Below are positions 44,695-53,945 of a stretch of 64,000 bases of DNA, piece after piece; positions within the stretch are counted from its first letter, which is position 1; the number at the start of each line of letters is the position of its first letter. The stretch comes from Candidatus Aminicenantes bacterium. GTDB taxonomy: Bacteria; Acidobacteriota; Aminicenantia; Aminicenantales; Aminicenantaceae. The position numbers and the translations under genes are program-made. Location of the stretch: NCBI GenBank assembly GCA_014727835.1, contig WJMT01000102.1, positions 660-64,659 on the forward strand. The letters run 5' to 3'. A model generated the notes under the pieces. The model made no database searches, was not told the DNA's origin, and worked only from the letters and a program-made list of their open reading frames with translations.

Positions 44695-45120
44695 ATGAAA
44701 AGAAGGGAATTTTTTGAAAAAAGTGCTTGTAGCGTGGCGGCTCTGGTCTTAGCCAAGTTCGGGCTGTCTGCATCCGGCTTGTCAGATGAAGAAATGAGCA
44801 GAGAAGAATATGTGAAGAAACTGTTGATGGACAAAATGGGAATGTCTGAAGAGGAAGCTAAAAAAGAAATTGAAAAGATGAAGGAAAAGCTCCCCAAAGT
44901 CAAGGAAATGTGCATTTGTAAGGACTGTCCTACTTATGTGGGTGAGGAGACCGAAGTGGGTTTTTGTCACCCACTGATCGGAAAGAGCAAGGTCATTACC
45001 AAAGAAAACGGCTGCAACTGCCCCACATGCCCTGTGTATAAGAAGATGGAGCTTAAAAACGGTTACTACTGCACCCGGAAGTCTGAGATGGAACAGGAAA
45101 TGGCCAAAAAGGAAAAATAG
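44695..45120 (+). CDS. Tat-signal-bearing DUF2769-like Cys-rich protein
   Basis: GGAGG lies 4 nt before the ATG at 44695. MKRREFFEKSACSVAALVLAKFGLSASG carries a twin-arginine motif. An E/K-rich linker follows, then CICKDCPTY..FC..GCNCPTCP..YYC. Confidence 0.7.
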   Translation: MKRREFFEKSACSVAALVLAKFGLSASGLSDEEMSREEYVKKLLMDKMGMSEEEAKKEIEKMKEKLPKVKEMCICKDCPTYVGEETEVGFCHPLIGKSKVITKENGCNCPTCPVYKKMELKNGYYCTRKSEMEQEMAKKEK

Positions 45121-45322
45121 AAATCCACCACTCAAGATTAAAAACCAATAAAACGGACTCCAGCAGCACCAGTCTGTGTGAATCCTTTAAAATCATTGCT
45201 CAAAATGGGTTGGTGATGTCTATTTGCACTTCAGACATTTCAATGCAGAAATGTTGATGTCAGTCAAATGGAATTCGTTTTGCTGAAGACTCCCAATCTA
45301 TTTGAACATAGGAGATGCTTGA

Positions 45323-45961
45323 ATGGCCCAAGATGACAAACCCATTATCAAGCCCACTCGAAACGGCCCTTTTCTGGTGAAAAATGTAAAGCAATTTGAA
45401 AATTCGAAAGGTGAGGATTTGAAGCCTCCTTCAAACATGATGCTCTGCCGGTGTGGAGGTTCCAAGAACAAGCCTTTTTGTGACGGGGCTCATTTGAAAA
45501 ACGGATTTGAAGATAAAAAGGACCCCAGAAGAGTCAAAGATAAAAAGGATGATTATGTGGGCAGAGATATCACCATCCATGATAACCGCGGTGTATGCTC
45601 TCACAGGGAGCACTGCATCAATCATGCACCCAAAGTTTTCCGCAGAAGAGGAAAACCGTGGATCGACCCGGATGCTCAGGATGCGGAAGAGACAGCAAGA
45701 GTTATTGAGATGTGTCCTTCAGGAGCCCTGAGCTACACCAAAGACGGGGTCCTTCATGAGGATTGGAAACAAAAGCCAGCTATCCTCATTTCCAAAGATG
45801 GGCCTTACGATGTCCATGGTTGTGTCGAGCTGGATGATCCGGAGGGAAACAAACCTGAGGCTGAGGACCACTACACGCTCTGCCGGTGCGGCCATTCCAA
45901 GAACAAGCCGTTTTGTGACGGCCGCCATTGGCGAGTCCGGTTTAAAGACCCCAAGAACTAA
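45323..45961 (+). CDS. iron-sulfur protein: CDGSH domain, divergent mono-cluster ferredoxin-like domain, CDGSH domain
   Basis: CRCGGSKNKPFCDGAH and CRCGHSKNKPFCDGRH (CDGSH 2Fe-2S motifs). The central segment GVCSHREHCINHAP...MCPSGAL resembles the divergent 4Fe-4S mono-cluster family. AGGAGA SD. Confidence 0.85.
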   Translation: MAQDDKPIIKPTRNGPFLVKNVKQFENSKGEDLKPPSNMMLCRCGGSKNKPFCDGAHLKNGFEDKKDPRRVKDKKDDYVGRDITIHDNRGVCSHREHCINHAPKVFRRRGKPWIDPDAQDAEETARVIEMCPSGALSYTKDGVLHEDWKQKPAILISKDGPYDVHGCVELDDPEGNKPEAEDHYTLCRCGHSKNKPFCDGRHWRVRFKDPKN

Positions 45962-45990
45962 TTATTTTCTATTTCCTGGCTTGGGTGTCT

Positions 45991-47067
45991 TTACAGATAT
46001 TTCTTTTGTCCTTTTTTCTGAAGGGTGGCCACAACCTGTTTGACTTTTTGGTCCTGGTTCTTGCGGCATATAAGAAGCGCGTCTTCTGTGTTGACGATCA
46101 CCAGATCTTTCACTCCGATCAAAGCCGTGAGTTTATCAGGATTGTGAACCAAGCAGTTTTCAGTATCAATAGTGATGGCCTCTCCTCTGAGAGCATTCTG
46201 GTTTTGGTCCTTGTCCCAGATATCAAGCAGAGAAGACCAGGAGCCCACATCTGACCATCCAAAATCGCCGGGACTCATGAGGACCTCTTGTGTCTTTTCC
46301 ATAAGCGCATAGTCAATGGATATGGAAGGAATCTCATGGAAAATGTCATTCAATTGATTTGATTTCCTGTTTTTAAGAGCCTCCAGAATTTGCTGCCAGT
46401 AGGAAAACATTTCCGGAGCATATCTCTTGAGGTTTTCAGCAAAGACCCGGGCTTTCCAGATAAACATGCCCGAGTTCCAAAAATAGGTTCCTGACTTTAG
46501 GAAACGCAGCGCTGTTTTTTGGTCAGGTTTTTCTTTGAACTCCTTGACTCGGAAAAAGTTTTCACCTGAATAGGAAGAGGGGCTTTTCCTGGAAAACCGG
46601 ATGTACCCGTATCCTGTTGCGGGAAAGGACGGAGGGATTCCAAATGTAATCAGGTGATTGCTTTTATCAGCTGCTGCGGCCGCAGATTCCAGTTTCTTTA
46701 AAAAATGGGAATGGTCTCTGATCAGATGATCAGCAGGAAGAACAGCGATGACAGATTCAGGATCTTTCAAATAGATAAATCCGGTGGCCAAAAGAAGACA
46801 GGGAGCTGTGTTTTTTCCCTGAGGTTCTATGAGAAGATTTTTGGCAGGGAGTTGGGGAACAAGCTCTGTCAGCATATGGGTCTGCTGTCTGTTGGCGATG
46901 GTGTGTATCTGTGAAGGGGGGATTTTTGGTGAGATTCTCTGGATGGTCTCCTCAATCATGGTCTGTTTGCTGATGATGGGGAGAAACTGTTTGGGTCTTT
47001 GTTTCCGGCTTAAGGGCCAAAACCGGCTTCCAATACCGCCAGCAATGATCACTGCGTTCAAATTCAT
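45991..47067 (-). CDS. mannose-1-phosphate guanylyltransferase (no isomerase domain)
   Basis: IIAGGIGSRFWPLSR nucleotidyltransferase motif; 358 aa. AGGAGG SD. Confidence 0.88.
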   Translation of the reverse strand: MNLNAVIIAGGIGSRFWPLSRKQRPKQFLPIISKQTMIEETIQRISPKIPPSQIHTIANRQQTHMLTELVPQLPAKNLLIEPQGKNTAPCLLLATGFIYLKDPESVIAVLPADHLIRDHSHFLKKLESAAAAADKSNHLITFGIPPSFPATGYGYIRFSRKSPSSYSGENFFRVKEFKEKPDQKTALRFLKSGTYFWNSGMFIWKARVFAENLKRYAPEMFSYWQQILEALKNRKSNQLNDIFHEIPSISIDYALMEKTQEVLMSPGDFGWSDVGSWSSLLDIWDKDQNQNALRGEAITIDTENCLVHNPDKLTALIGVKDLVIVNTEDALLICRKNQDQKVKQVVATLQKKGQKKYL

Positions 47068-47092
47068 TGTTTCCTCCTATTCAATGTCTGTT

Positions 47093-47881
47093 TCACATGG
47101 TAAAAATGATTCCTAAAACAGCCGCAGCTGCACAGTAATAAGAAAACAGAAAAAATTGTCCTCGATTGATGACCTTTACAAGAAAAACAAGGGATAAATA
47201 CCCTGTCAGTGCTGCGATGATCACTCCTAAGATAATGAGGCCCCATGGCTGTGCTGAGATCTCTGATTTTTGCAGCTGAAAAAATGAAGCGCCCAAAATG
47301 GCAGGGATGGAAAGCAGAAATGAGAAACGGGCTGCTTTTTGCCTTTTCCAGCCGAGAAGCAGCGCTCCTCCAATGGTCAAACCAGAGCGGGAGAAACCCG
47401 GGACAATGGCGGCTCCCTGAAGAACTCCGATGATAAAGGGATGAATCGGAATCCGGACCTTTCTTTGTTTGGCGTATCGAGTCAGAAACAGAAATACAGC
47501 AGTGATGAACAGTGCCGCAGAAACGGCACGGGGAGAGCTGAATAAGGATTCAAAGAAAGGACTGAAAAAATAGCCCATCAAAAAGGTTGGAATAGAGGCT
47601 ATCAATAGGGAGCAGACCAATCTCAAGCTTGGATCATCATTTTTGAAAGACGGTTTTTTAAGGAACCGGAAAAGACCGGTGATGATCTCTTTGATTTCTT
47701 TCCGCAGAAAAAGCAACAGAGAAATCACTGTGCCCAGGTGAAGCATCACATCAACCAATAGCTGAGGTTCTTTAAGCCCCAGGAGATTCTGTATGAGGAC
47801 CAAATGCCCTGAACTGCTAACCGGGAAAAATTCTGTAATACCCTGAATAAAACCGAGGAAAATTATTTTGATTAAACTCAA
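47093..47881 (-). CDS. uppP: undecaprenyl-diphosphate phosphatase
   Basis: GITEFFPVSSSGHL and PGFSRSG motifs; 8 TM helices. Confidence 0.92.
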   Translation of the reverse strand: MSLIKIIFLGFIQGITEFFPVSSSGHLVLIQNLLGLKEPQLLVDVMLHLGTVISLLLFLRKEIKEIITGLFRFLKKPSFKNDDPSLRLVCSLLIASIPTFLMGYFFSPFFESLFSSPRAVSAALFITAVFLFLTRYAKQRKVRIPIHPFIIGVLQGAAIVPGFSRSGLTIGGALLLGWKRQKAARFSFLLSIPAILGASFFQLQKSEISAQPWGLIILGVIIAALTGYLSLVFLVKVINRGQFFLFSYYCAAAAVLGIIFTM

Positions 47882-49248
47882 GACTCACTGATTCTCCGGA
47901 TCGCGTTTTCGACTGTTTTTTCCACTTCTGTTTGGATGGAGTCCAGGTCCTCTTTTGTATCAGCTTCAAAACGGAGCACCAAGGCGCCCTGAGTATTGGA
48001 GGCCCGGACCAGTCCCCACCCTTTTGGGAACAGGGCTCTCACGCCATCTATATCAATGACTTTGTATTTCTTGGAGAGCTCTTTTTTGACTTCTTCCACG
48101 ATTTTAAATTTGACTTTGTCTGAGGAATAAATTCTGATTTCAGGTGTGGTGTAAGTCTGAGGAAGGTCGGAAAGCATTTCGGAAAGCTTTTGATCGCTTT
48201 TGGATATGATTTCAGCGACTCGAGCCGAGGCATATATGGCATCATCATATCCAAAGAAACGGTCGGCAAAGAAGATATGGCCGCTCATCTCACCAGCAAG
48301 GATAGCATTTTCCTCCTTGATTTTTTTCTTGATGAGAGAATGACCTGTCTTCCACATGATGGGCCGTCCTCCTAATCTTTCGATTTCTTCATACAGAAGT
48401 TTGGATGCCTTGACTTCAGAAATGACCGGAGCCCCGGGATGTGAAGGAAGAATATCCCGACTGAGCAGGATCATCAGCTTGTCCCCCCAAATGATCCCGC
48501 CTTGGTCATCAATCACTCCGATTCGATCACTATCTCCGTCATAAGATATTCCTAGGTCAGCCCGGGTTTGACTGACTGTTTCGATGAGGTCTTCCAATGC
48601 TTCAGGTACTGTGGGGTCCGGATGATGGTTTGGAAAATGGCCATCCATGTCACAGTTGAGTTCAATGACCTCACATCCCAGCCTCTTGAAAATGGGGACA
48701 GCGACAGGTCCTCCTGTTCCATTGCCTGGGTCTATCACCACTTTGATTTTGTTTTTTATGTTGATATTGTCGACCACAAAGTCTTTATATTCTTGAATCA
48801 CATCCAGATGGCTCTGTTTGCCGGAGCTTTGTTTGACAAAGTCCTTATTTTGTACCAGTTCATAGAGTTGAGTGATGTCATCCCCGTATAAAGTCTTTTT
48901 TCCCAACATGACCTTAAAGCCATTGTATTCCGGTGGATTATGAGATCCGGTGATCATCACTCCTGCATCCAGATTTTTTCTGAAGATACTGAAATACAAA
49001 AGAGGAGTGGGAATAGTGCCTAATGAGATCACATGGCATCCTGTGGATTGAAGGCCTTCTGAGAGATAATCAAAAAAAGAAGGAGAACTCAGCCGGCAGT
49101 CTCTTCCCACAGCCACATCTGTTTTTTTGTCTCTCCTGAACAGCGTTCCCATGGCTTTTCCCAGAAGCGTGACTGTTTCCGGGGTGAGGTCTTCATTGAC
49201 CACTCCTCTGATATCGTACTGTCTGAATATCTCGGGTTTTATGTCCAT
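47878..49248 (-). CDS. phosphomannomutase/phosphoglucomutase
   Basis: TGSHNPPEYNGFK active-site loop, DGDSDR metal loop, GEMSGH. ATG 49248 chosen, preceded by GAGGAGGG. Confidence 0.9.
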   Translation of the reverse strand: MDIKPEIFRQYDIRGVVNEDLTPETVTLLGKAMGTLFRRDKKTDVAVGRDCRLSSPSFFDYLSEGLQSTGCHVISLGTIPTPLLYFSIFRKNLDAGVMITGSHNPPEYNGFKVMLGKKTLYGDDITQLYELVQNKDFVKQSSGKQSHLDVIQEYKDFVVDNINIKNKIKVVIDPGNGTGGPVAVPIFKRLGCEVIELNCDMDGHFPNHHPDPTVPEALEDLIETVSQTRADLGISYDGDSDRIGVIDDQGGIIWGDKLMILLSRDILPSHPGAPVISEVKASKLLYEEIERLGGRPIMWKTGHSLIKKKIKEENAILAGEMSGHIFFADRFFGYDDAIYASARVAEIISKSDQKLSEMLSDLPQTYTTPEIRIYSSDKVKFKIVEEVKKELSKKYKVIDIDGVRALFPKGWGLVRASNTQGALVLRFEADTKEDLDSIQTEVEKTVENAIRRISES

Positions 49249-49278
49249 CTCGCCCTCCTCTCGTCGAAAAAACAATTC

Positions 49279-49827
49279 TTATTTCAGGTTTTTGACTTTC
49301 TCTTTGATCTCATCCCATTTGTTTTGAGCGTTGAAGATGAATTCAATGAATTCTCTGACCGCTCCAAAACCTCCCTTCTGATTACACACATAATCAGCAT
49401 TCTGTTGGATCAACAGATGGGCATCTGCAACAGCTCCGGAAAATCCTGCGCTCTTTATCACATCCAGATCTCCCAGATCATCACCGATATAAGCGATTTC
49501 TTCGGATTTGAGTTTGTGTCTGTCTCTGATCTCTAAAAAGATTTTCTTCTTGTGCAAAACACCTTGGTGGAGTTCTGACATCCGGAGTCTCTTGGCTCTT
49601 TGTTCCAATGCCTTTGAACTTTTTCCAGTGATGATCCCGGTTTCAAATCCAACCAGATGGGCTAAAATGATACCCAGACCATCCCTTACATGATAGGACT
49701 TGACCTCTTCACCGTTTTGAAGGACATGGAGAGTACCGTTGGTCAATGTTCCGTCCACATCCATGAGGATCATTTTGATTTTTTTTGCTTTTTCTTCTGC
49801 ATTCACTAGAACATCTCCGTTCGCCAT
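49279..49827 (-). CDS. kdsC: 3-deoxy-D-manno-octulosonate 8-phosphate phosphatase (HAD-IIIA)
   Basis: ILMDVDGTLTNG, GIITGKSS, GDDLGD; context is next to kdsD/kdsA. Confidence 0.85.
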   Translation of the reverse strand: MANGDVLVNAEEKAKKIKMILMDVDGTLTNGTLHVLQNGEEVKSYHVRDGLGIILAHLVGFETGIITGKSSKALEQRAKRLRMSELHQGVLHKKKIFLEIRDRHKLKSEEIAYIGDDLGDLDVIKSAGFSGAVADAHLLIQQNADYVCNQKGGFGAVREFIEFIFNAQNKWDEIKEKVKNLK

Positions 49828-50777
49828 AGGTCATGAAGGTGGATAACCCCTTGGATTCGGTCGCTCTGATCTTTAATGATGAGAGAGGTGATTTTATTTT
49901 TTTCCATGATATTGAGTGCTTCAGTTGCCAGAGCTTCCTTGCTCACAGCCATGGCACCAGAAGTCATGCAGTCCTTGGCTTTTTTATTGAGGATCTGGTT
50001 GCCAAAATCCTGGAGCTTTCTTCTCAGGTCACCGTCTGTGATGATTCCTCTCAGATGTCCTTTGGCATCTATCACACAGGTGACACCCAACTGTTTCTCT
50101 GTCATTTCTTTAAGAACTTGGGGCATAGGGGTGTCCTGCTTAACAAAAGGGATCTGCTGTCCTTTGTGCATCAGATTTTTAACTTTCAACAGTTTTTTCC
50201 CTAATTCTCCCCTGGGATGAAAGGATGCAAAATCTTGTCTGGTGAATTTTTTGATTTTCATGAGAGTGATGGCCAAAGCATCCCCAATAGCCAGGGCAGC
50301 GGTGGAGCTTGAAGTTGGGACCACATTGTCTGGTTCAGCTTCCTTTTCCACTTTCGCTTCCAGCACCACATCACTGTACTTTGCCAGTTTGGAATGTTTG
50401 TTTCCTGTGATGCCGATGAGCTGAATGCCGATTCTTTTGACGAAATCAAGAATAGGAACGATTTCTTTAGTGTTTCCGCTGTAAGAAATAGCAATAATGA
50501 TGTCATTGCTGACAATCATACCCAGATCCCCATGTCCGGCTTCCACAGGGTGAATGAACATAGAAGGAGTTCCGCAGCTGGAAAAAGTGGCTGCGATTTT
50601 TCGTCCCACCAAGCCGGACTTGCCCACTCCGGTGACAATGGCTCTTCCTTTGATCTCGGATAGAAGATGGACAGCTTTGACAAAATTTTCGTCAATGGAA
50701 GAAGCCAGTTCTTCTAGAGCAAGGGATTCGCTTTGGATGACCTTTTTTCCGGTTTCAATGATTTTGTTTTTATTCAT
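49806..50777 (-). CDS. kdsD: arabinose-5-phosphate isomerase (SIS plus 2 CBS domains)
   Basis: GRAIVTGVGKSG SIS motif, tandem CBS C-terminus, Kdo context. Confidence 0.9.
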   Translation of the reverse strand: MNKNKIIETGKKVIQSESLALEELASSIDENFVKAVHLLSEIKGRAIVTGVGKSGLVGRKIAATFSSCGTPSMFIHPVEAGHGDLGMIVSNDIIIAISYSGNTKEIVPILDFVKRIGIQLIGITGNKHSKLAKYSDVVLEAKVEKEAEPDNVVPTSSSTAALAIGDALAITLMKIKKFTRQDFASFHPRGELGKKLLKVKNLMHKGQQIPFVKQDTPMPQVLKEMTEKQLGVTCVIDAKGHLRGIITDGDLRRKLQDFGNQILNKKAKDCMTSGAMAVSKEALATEALNIMEKNKITSLIIKDQSDRIQGVIHLHDLWRTEMF

Positions 50778-50784
50778 AATCGCC

Positions 50785-51642
50785 TCAGTCTTTTGACCAG
50801 ATATTGTCTTTGTGAATCACCGCACGTCTGATTCTAAGAACAGACCCCAAAAAACCTTTTAAGTCTTTTAATAACAACGAGTTATGAGAATCTGAGCGGG
50901 CTTTCTCAGGATGGTCATGGACTTCAATGAACACCCCGTCAGCGCCCACGCTGACTCCGGCTTGGGCAATATAGGGAATGAAATCAGCTTCTCCACCTGA
51001 AGAGGTTCCTTTTCCCCCTGGCTTTTGGACTGTGTGGGAGGCATCTATGACCACAGGGAATCCCCATCTTCTCATGATTGGAATGGCCCGGACATCCAGA
51101 ACAAGATTGTTATACCCGAAACATGTGCCGCGTTCTGTCAATATGATGTCCTTGTTTTGTTGCTGGAGGGCCTTCTCTATGATATTTTTCATTTCCGGGG
51201 GGGAGAGAAACTGTCCTTTTTTTATATTCAAAGGCCGACCTGTTTTGGCGGCTTCCACAACCAAATCAGTCTGCCGGCACAGAAATGCCGGGATTTGGAT
51301 GATGTTCAGTACGTCTGCTGCTTTTTCGGCCTGCCAGGGTTCATGAATATCTGACAGAACAGGGATATGGAGCTCTGTCTTGATTCCCTTAAGAATTTTC
51401 AGTCCTTGTTCCAGCCCAGGGCCCCGGTATGAATGGATGGAGGAGCGGTTGGCTTTATCAAATGAAGACTTGAAGATATAGGGGCATTTCAATTCCTGAC
51501 AGATGCGGTTGATTTCCGCCGCCATGTGAAAAGCGTGTTCTTCGCTCTCAATCACACAGGGTCCGGCAACGAGAAAAAGCGGATTGAATCCGCCGATCTG
51601 AATTTCTTTATTGACTTTGATTTCTCTGGGTATGGTAGGCAT
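50785..51642 (-). CDS. kdsA: 3-deoxy-8-phosphooctulonate synthase
   Basis: LVAGPCVIESEEHA, FKSSFDKANRSS, DASHTVQKPGG. ATG 51642 (GGAG 6 nt upstream) chosen instead of the track start at 51750. It overlaps the pyrG 3' end by 35 nt. Confidence 0.92.
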   Translation of the reverse strand: MPTIPREIKVNKEIQIGGFNPLFLVAGPCVIESEEHAFHMAAEINRICQELKCPYIFKSSFDKANRSSIHSYRGPGLEQGLKILKGIKTELHIPVLSDIHEPWQAEKAADVLNIIQIPAFLCRQTDLVVEAAKTGRPLNIKKGQFLSPPEMKNIIEKALQQQNKDIILTERGTCFGYNNLVLDVRAIPIMRRWGFPVVIDASHTVQKPGGKGTSSGGEADFIPYIAQAGVSVGADGVFIEVHDHPEKARSDSHNSLLLKDLKGFLGSVLRIRRAVIHKDNIWSKD

Positions 51643-53221
51643 GACATGCTCCAATAAAAGATTTAAAGATGGGATGCGGTTTGAGAGGTTTGGATTTGAA
51701 TTCCGGATGAAACTGGCAACCAAGAAACCATGGATGATCTTTGTTTTCAATCACTTCCACAAGTCGGTGTTCTGGGTTTTTTCCGGAAATGACAAGGCCT
51801 TTGTCTGCTAAGATTCTTTCATATTTGGGATTGAATTCATACCGGTGGCGGTGGCGTTCAAAAACAGTGGTTTTTTGATAGGCTTTAAAGGCAAGAGAAT
51901 GTTTTTGGAGACGGCAGAGAAATTTCCCCAGCCTCATGGTCCCTCCCAGATCACTGATTTCTTTCAGCTCCCTCCATTTGAAAAAGATTTTATGGGGAGT
52001 TTCAGGATCGAACTCTGTGCTGTTGGCTTTGTTCAATCCAGCGATGTTTCGGGCAAATTCAATAGTGGCGCACTGCATCCCCAGGCAGATTCCAAAGTAA
52101 GGTATATGTTGTGTTCGGGCATAAGTGACTGCTTTGATCTTTCCTTCAATGCCCCTCAATCCGAATCCTCCGGGAACAAGGATCCCATCTATGTCTCTGA
52201 GCAAAGATTCCGGATTGCTCTTTTCAATATCTTCAGCTTCGATCCAGGAAATATTGGTTTTGAGTTGATGGGCGGTTCCTGCATGATACAGAGCTTGATT
52301 GAGACTTATGTAAGAGTCAGGAAGACCGGAGTATTTTCCCACTAAGGCAATATGGACATGACCTTTGGGGGACTTCATCCTTTCCACCATTTTCTCCCAT
52401 TCGTCCAGTTCGAGTTGATTGCAAGGCATTTTGAGTTTGTTCAATATGATTTTATCGAGTTTTTCTTTGGCGTAAAACAAGGGGATTTCATAAATGATAT
52501 CAGCATCTTTAGCTGTGATCACCGCTTCATAAGGCACATTGGTGAACAGAGAAATCTTGTTCTTGATTTTTTGGCTCAAGTTTCGGTCTGTTCTGCAGAG
52601 AAGCATATCTGGCTGGATACCGATCGCCCTCAGTTCACGCACGCTGTGCTGGGTGGGCTTTGTTTTCAACTCCTTTGATGTTTTCAAATAGGGGACCAGA
52701 GTCAAGTGGATAAAGAGAGTGTCTTCCTTTCCGTATTCCAATCTCATTTGACGTGTGGCTTCCAGAAAGGGCTGACTCTCAATATCTCCGACGGTTCCTC
52801 CGATTTCGATGATCACAATGTCGTTTTTTTCAGCAGCTGCTCGAAAAGCCATTTTGATTTCATCAGTCATGTGAGGGATGACCTGGACTGTTTTTCCTAG
52901 GTATTCTCCCTGCCGTTCCTTTTTGAGAATCGACTCATAGATGCGGCCAGCTGTCCAATTGTGTGCCTGTGTGGTGTTGGTGGAGGTGAAACGTTCATAA
53001 TGCCCTAAATCAAGGTCGGTCTCTGCTCCATCATCTGTCACATAGACCTCTCCGTGTTGGAAAGGATTCATGGTCCCCGGATCTACATTTAAGTAAGGAT
53101 CAAATTTCTTGATGGTGATGTTGTATCCATGGCTCTCCAGGAGTCTTCCTATGGAAGCCGCTGCGATCCCTTTGCCTAAAGCAGAAAGAACTCCTCCGGT
53201 AATAAAAATAAATTTACTCAT
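51608..53221 (-). CDS. pyrG: CTP synthase
   Basis: KFIFITGGVLSALGKGI N-terminus, GICLGMQ glutaminase Cys, HRHRYE. ATG 53221 overlaps the kdsB stop (ATGAGTAA). Confidence 0.96.
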   Translation of the reverse strand: MSKFIFITGGVLSALGKGIAAASIGRLLESHGYNITIKKFDPYLNVDPGTMNPFQHGEVYVTDDGAETDLDLGHYERFTSTNTTQAHNWTAGRIYESILKKERQGEYLGKTVQVIPHMTDEIKMAFRAAAEKNDIVIIEIGGTVGDIESQPFLEATRQMRLEYGKEDTLFIHLTLVPYLKTSKELKTKPTQHSVRELRAIGIQPDMLLCRTDRNLSQKIKNKISLFTNVPYEAVITAKDADIIYEIPLFYAKEKLDKIILNKLKMPCNQLELDEWEKMVERMKSPKGHVHIALVGKYSGLPDSYISLNQALYHAGTAHQLKTNISWIEAEDIEKSNPESLLRDIDGILVPGGFGLRGIEGKIKAVTYARTQHIPYFGICLGMQCATIEFARNIAGLNKANSTEFDPETPHKIFFKWRELKEISDLGGTMRLGKFLCRLQKHSLAFKAYQKTTVFERHRHRYEFNPKYERILADKGLVISGKNPEHRLVEVIENKDHPWFLGCQFHPEFKSKPLKPHPIFKSFIGACHAYHTQRNQSQ

Positions 53222-53945
53222 GTTTTTCTCGCAAGCTGTGGATCGACTTTTCCACTTTTGCGATGTCTTCAGGTTGATTGACACTCAAAGTGGAATGAGT
53301 TGTTTCCACGGTTTTGATTTTGTATCCGTTTTCCAAAACACGGAGCTGTTCGAGTTTTTCTGCTTTTTCTAATGGGGAAACAGGTAAATTTTTGTATTTT
53401 GTTAAAAAGTCATTTTGAAATCCATACACGCCGATGTGTTTCCAAAAAAAAGAGGGGGGAGAAAACGGAATCGGAGAGCGTGAGAAATATAGGGCATTAT
53501 CTTTACCGTCAATGACCAGCTTCACAACGTTTGGGTCGTTCAATGATTCCAAATCATTGCTTTTTTCACGGAGAGTGGCCATGTGAACACTCTTGTCCTG
53601 GAGGATTTGGACCAGGCTCTCGATCATATCAGCTTTGATAAGAGGCTCATCTCCCTGAATGCTGATCACAACAGCGAAATCCAGCCCTTCGGCCACTTCC
53701 GCAACCCTTTCGGTTCCTGTTCGATGCTCGGGTGAGGTCATAAGGACATCTGCTCCGAAAGATTGGCTTTTTTGATAAATTCTTTCATCATCAGTGGCGA
53801 TAAGGACCCGGTCAAGACAATCCATATTTTGGGCCCTCTTATAGACATGCTCGATGAGGGGTTTGTCATGGATCAGAGCGAGAGCCTTCCCCGGGAATCG
53901 TTTGGAACTGAACCGGGCCGGAATGACGCCTAGAACTGCTCTCAA
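53214..53945 (-). CDS. kdsB: 3-deoxy-manno-octulosonate cytidylyltransferase
   Basis: VIPARFSSKRFPGKAL, IQGDEPL. Confidence 0.92.
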   Translation of the reverse strand: MRAVLGVIPARFSSKRFPGKALALIHDKPLIEHVYKRAQNMDCLDRVLIATDDERIYQKSQSFGADVLMTSPEHRTGTERVAEVAEGLDFAVVISIQGDEPLIKADMIESLVQILQDKSVHMATLREKSNDLESLNDPNVVKLVIDGKDNALYFSRSPIPFSPPSFFWKHIGVYGFQNDFLTKYKNLPVSPLEKAEKLEQLRVLENGYKIKTVETTHSTLSVNQPEDIAKVEKSIHSLREKHE

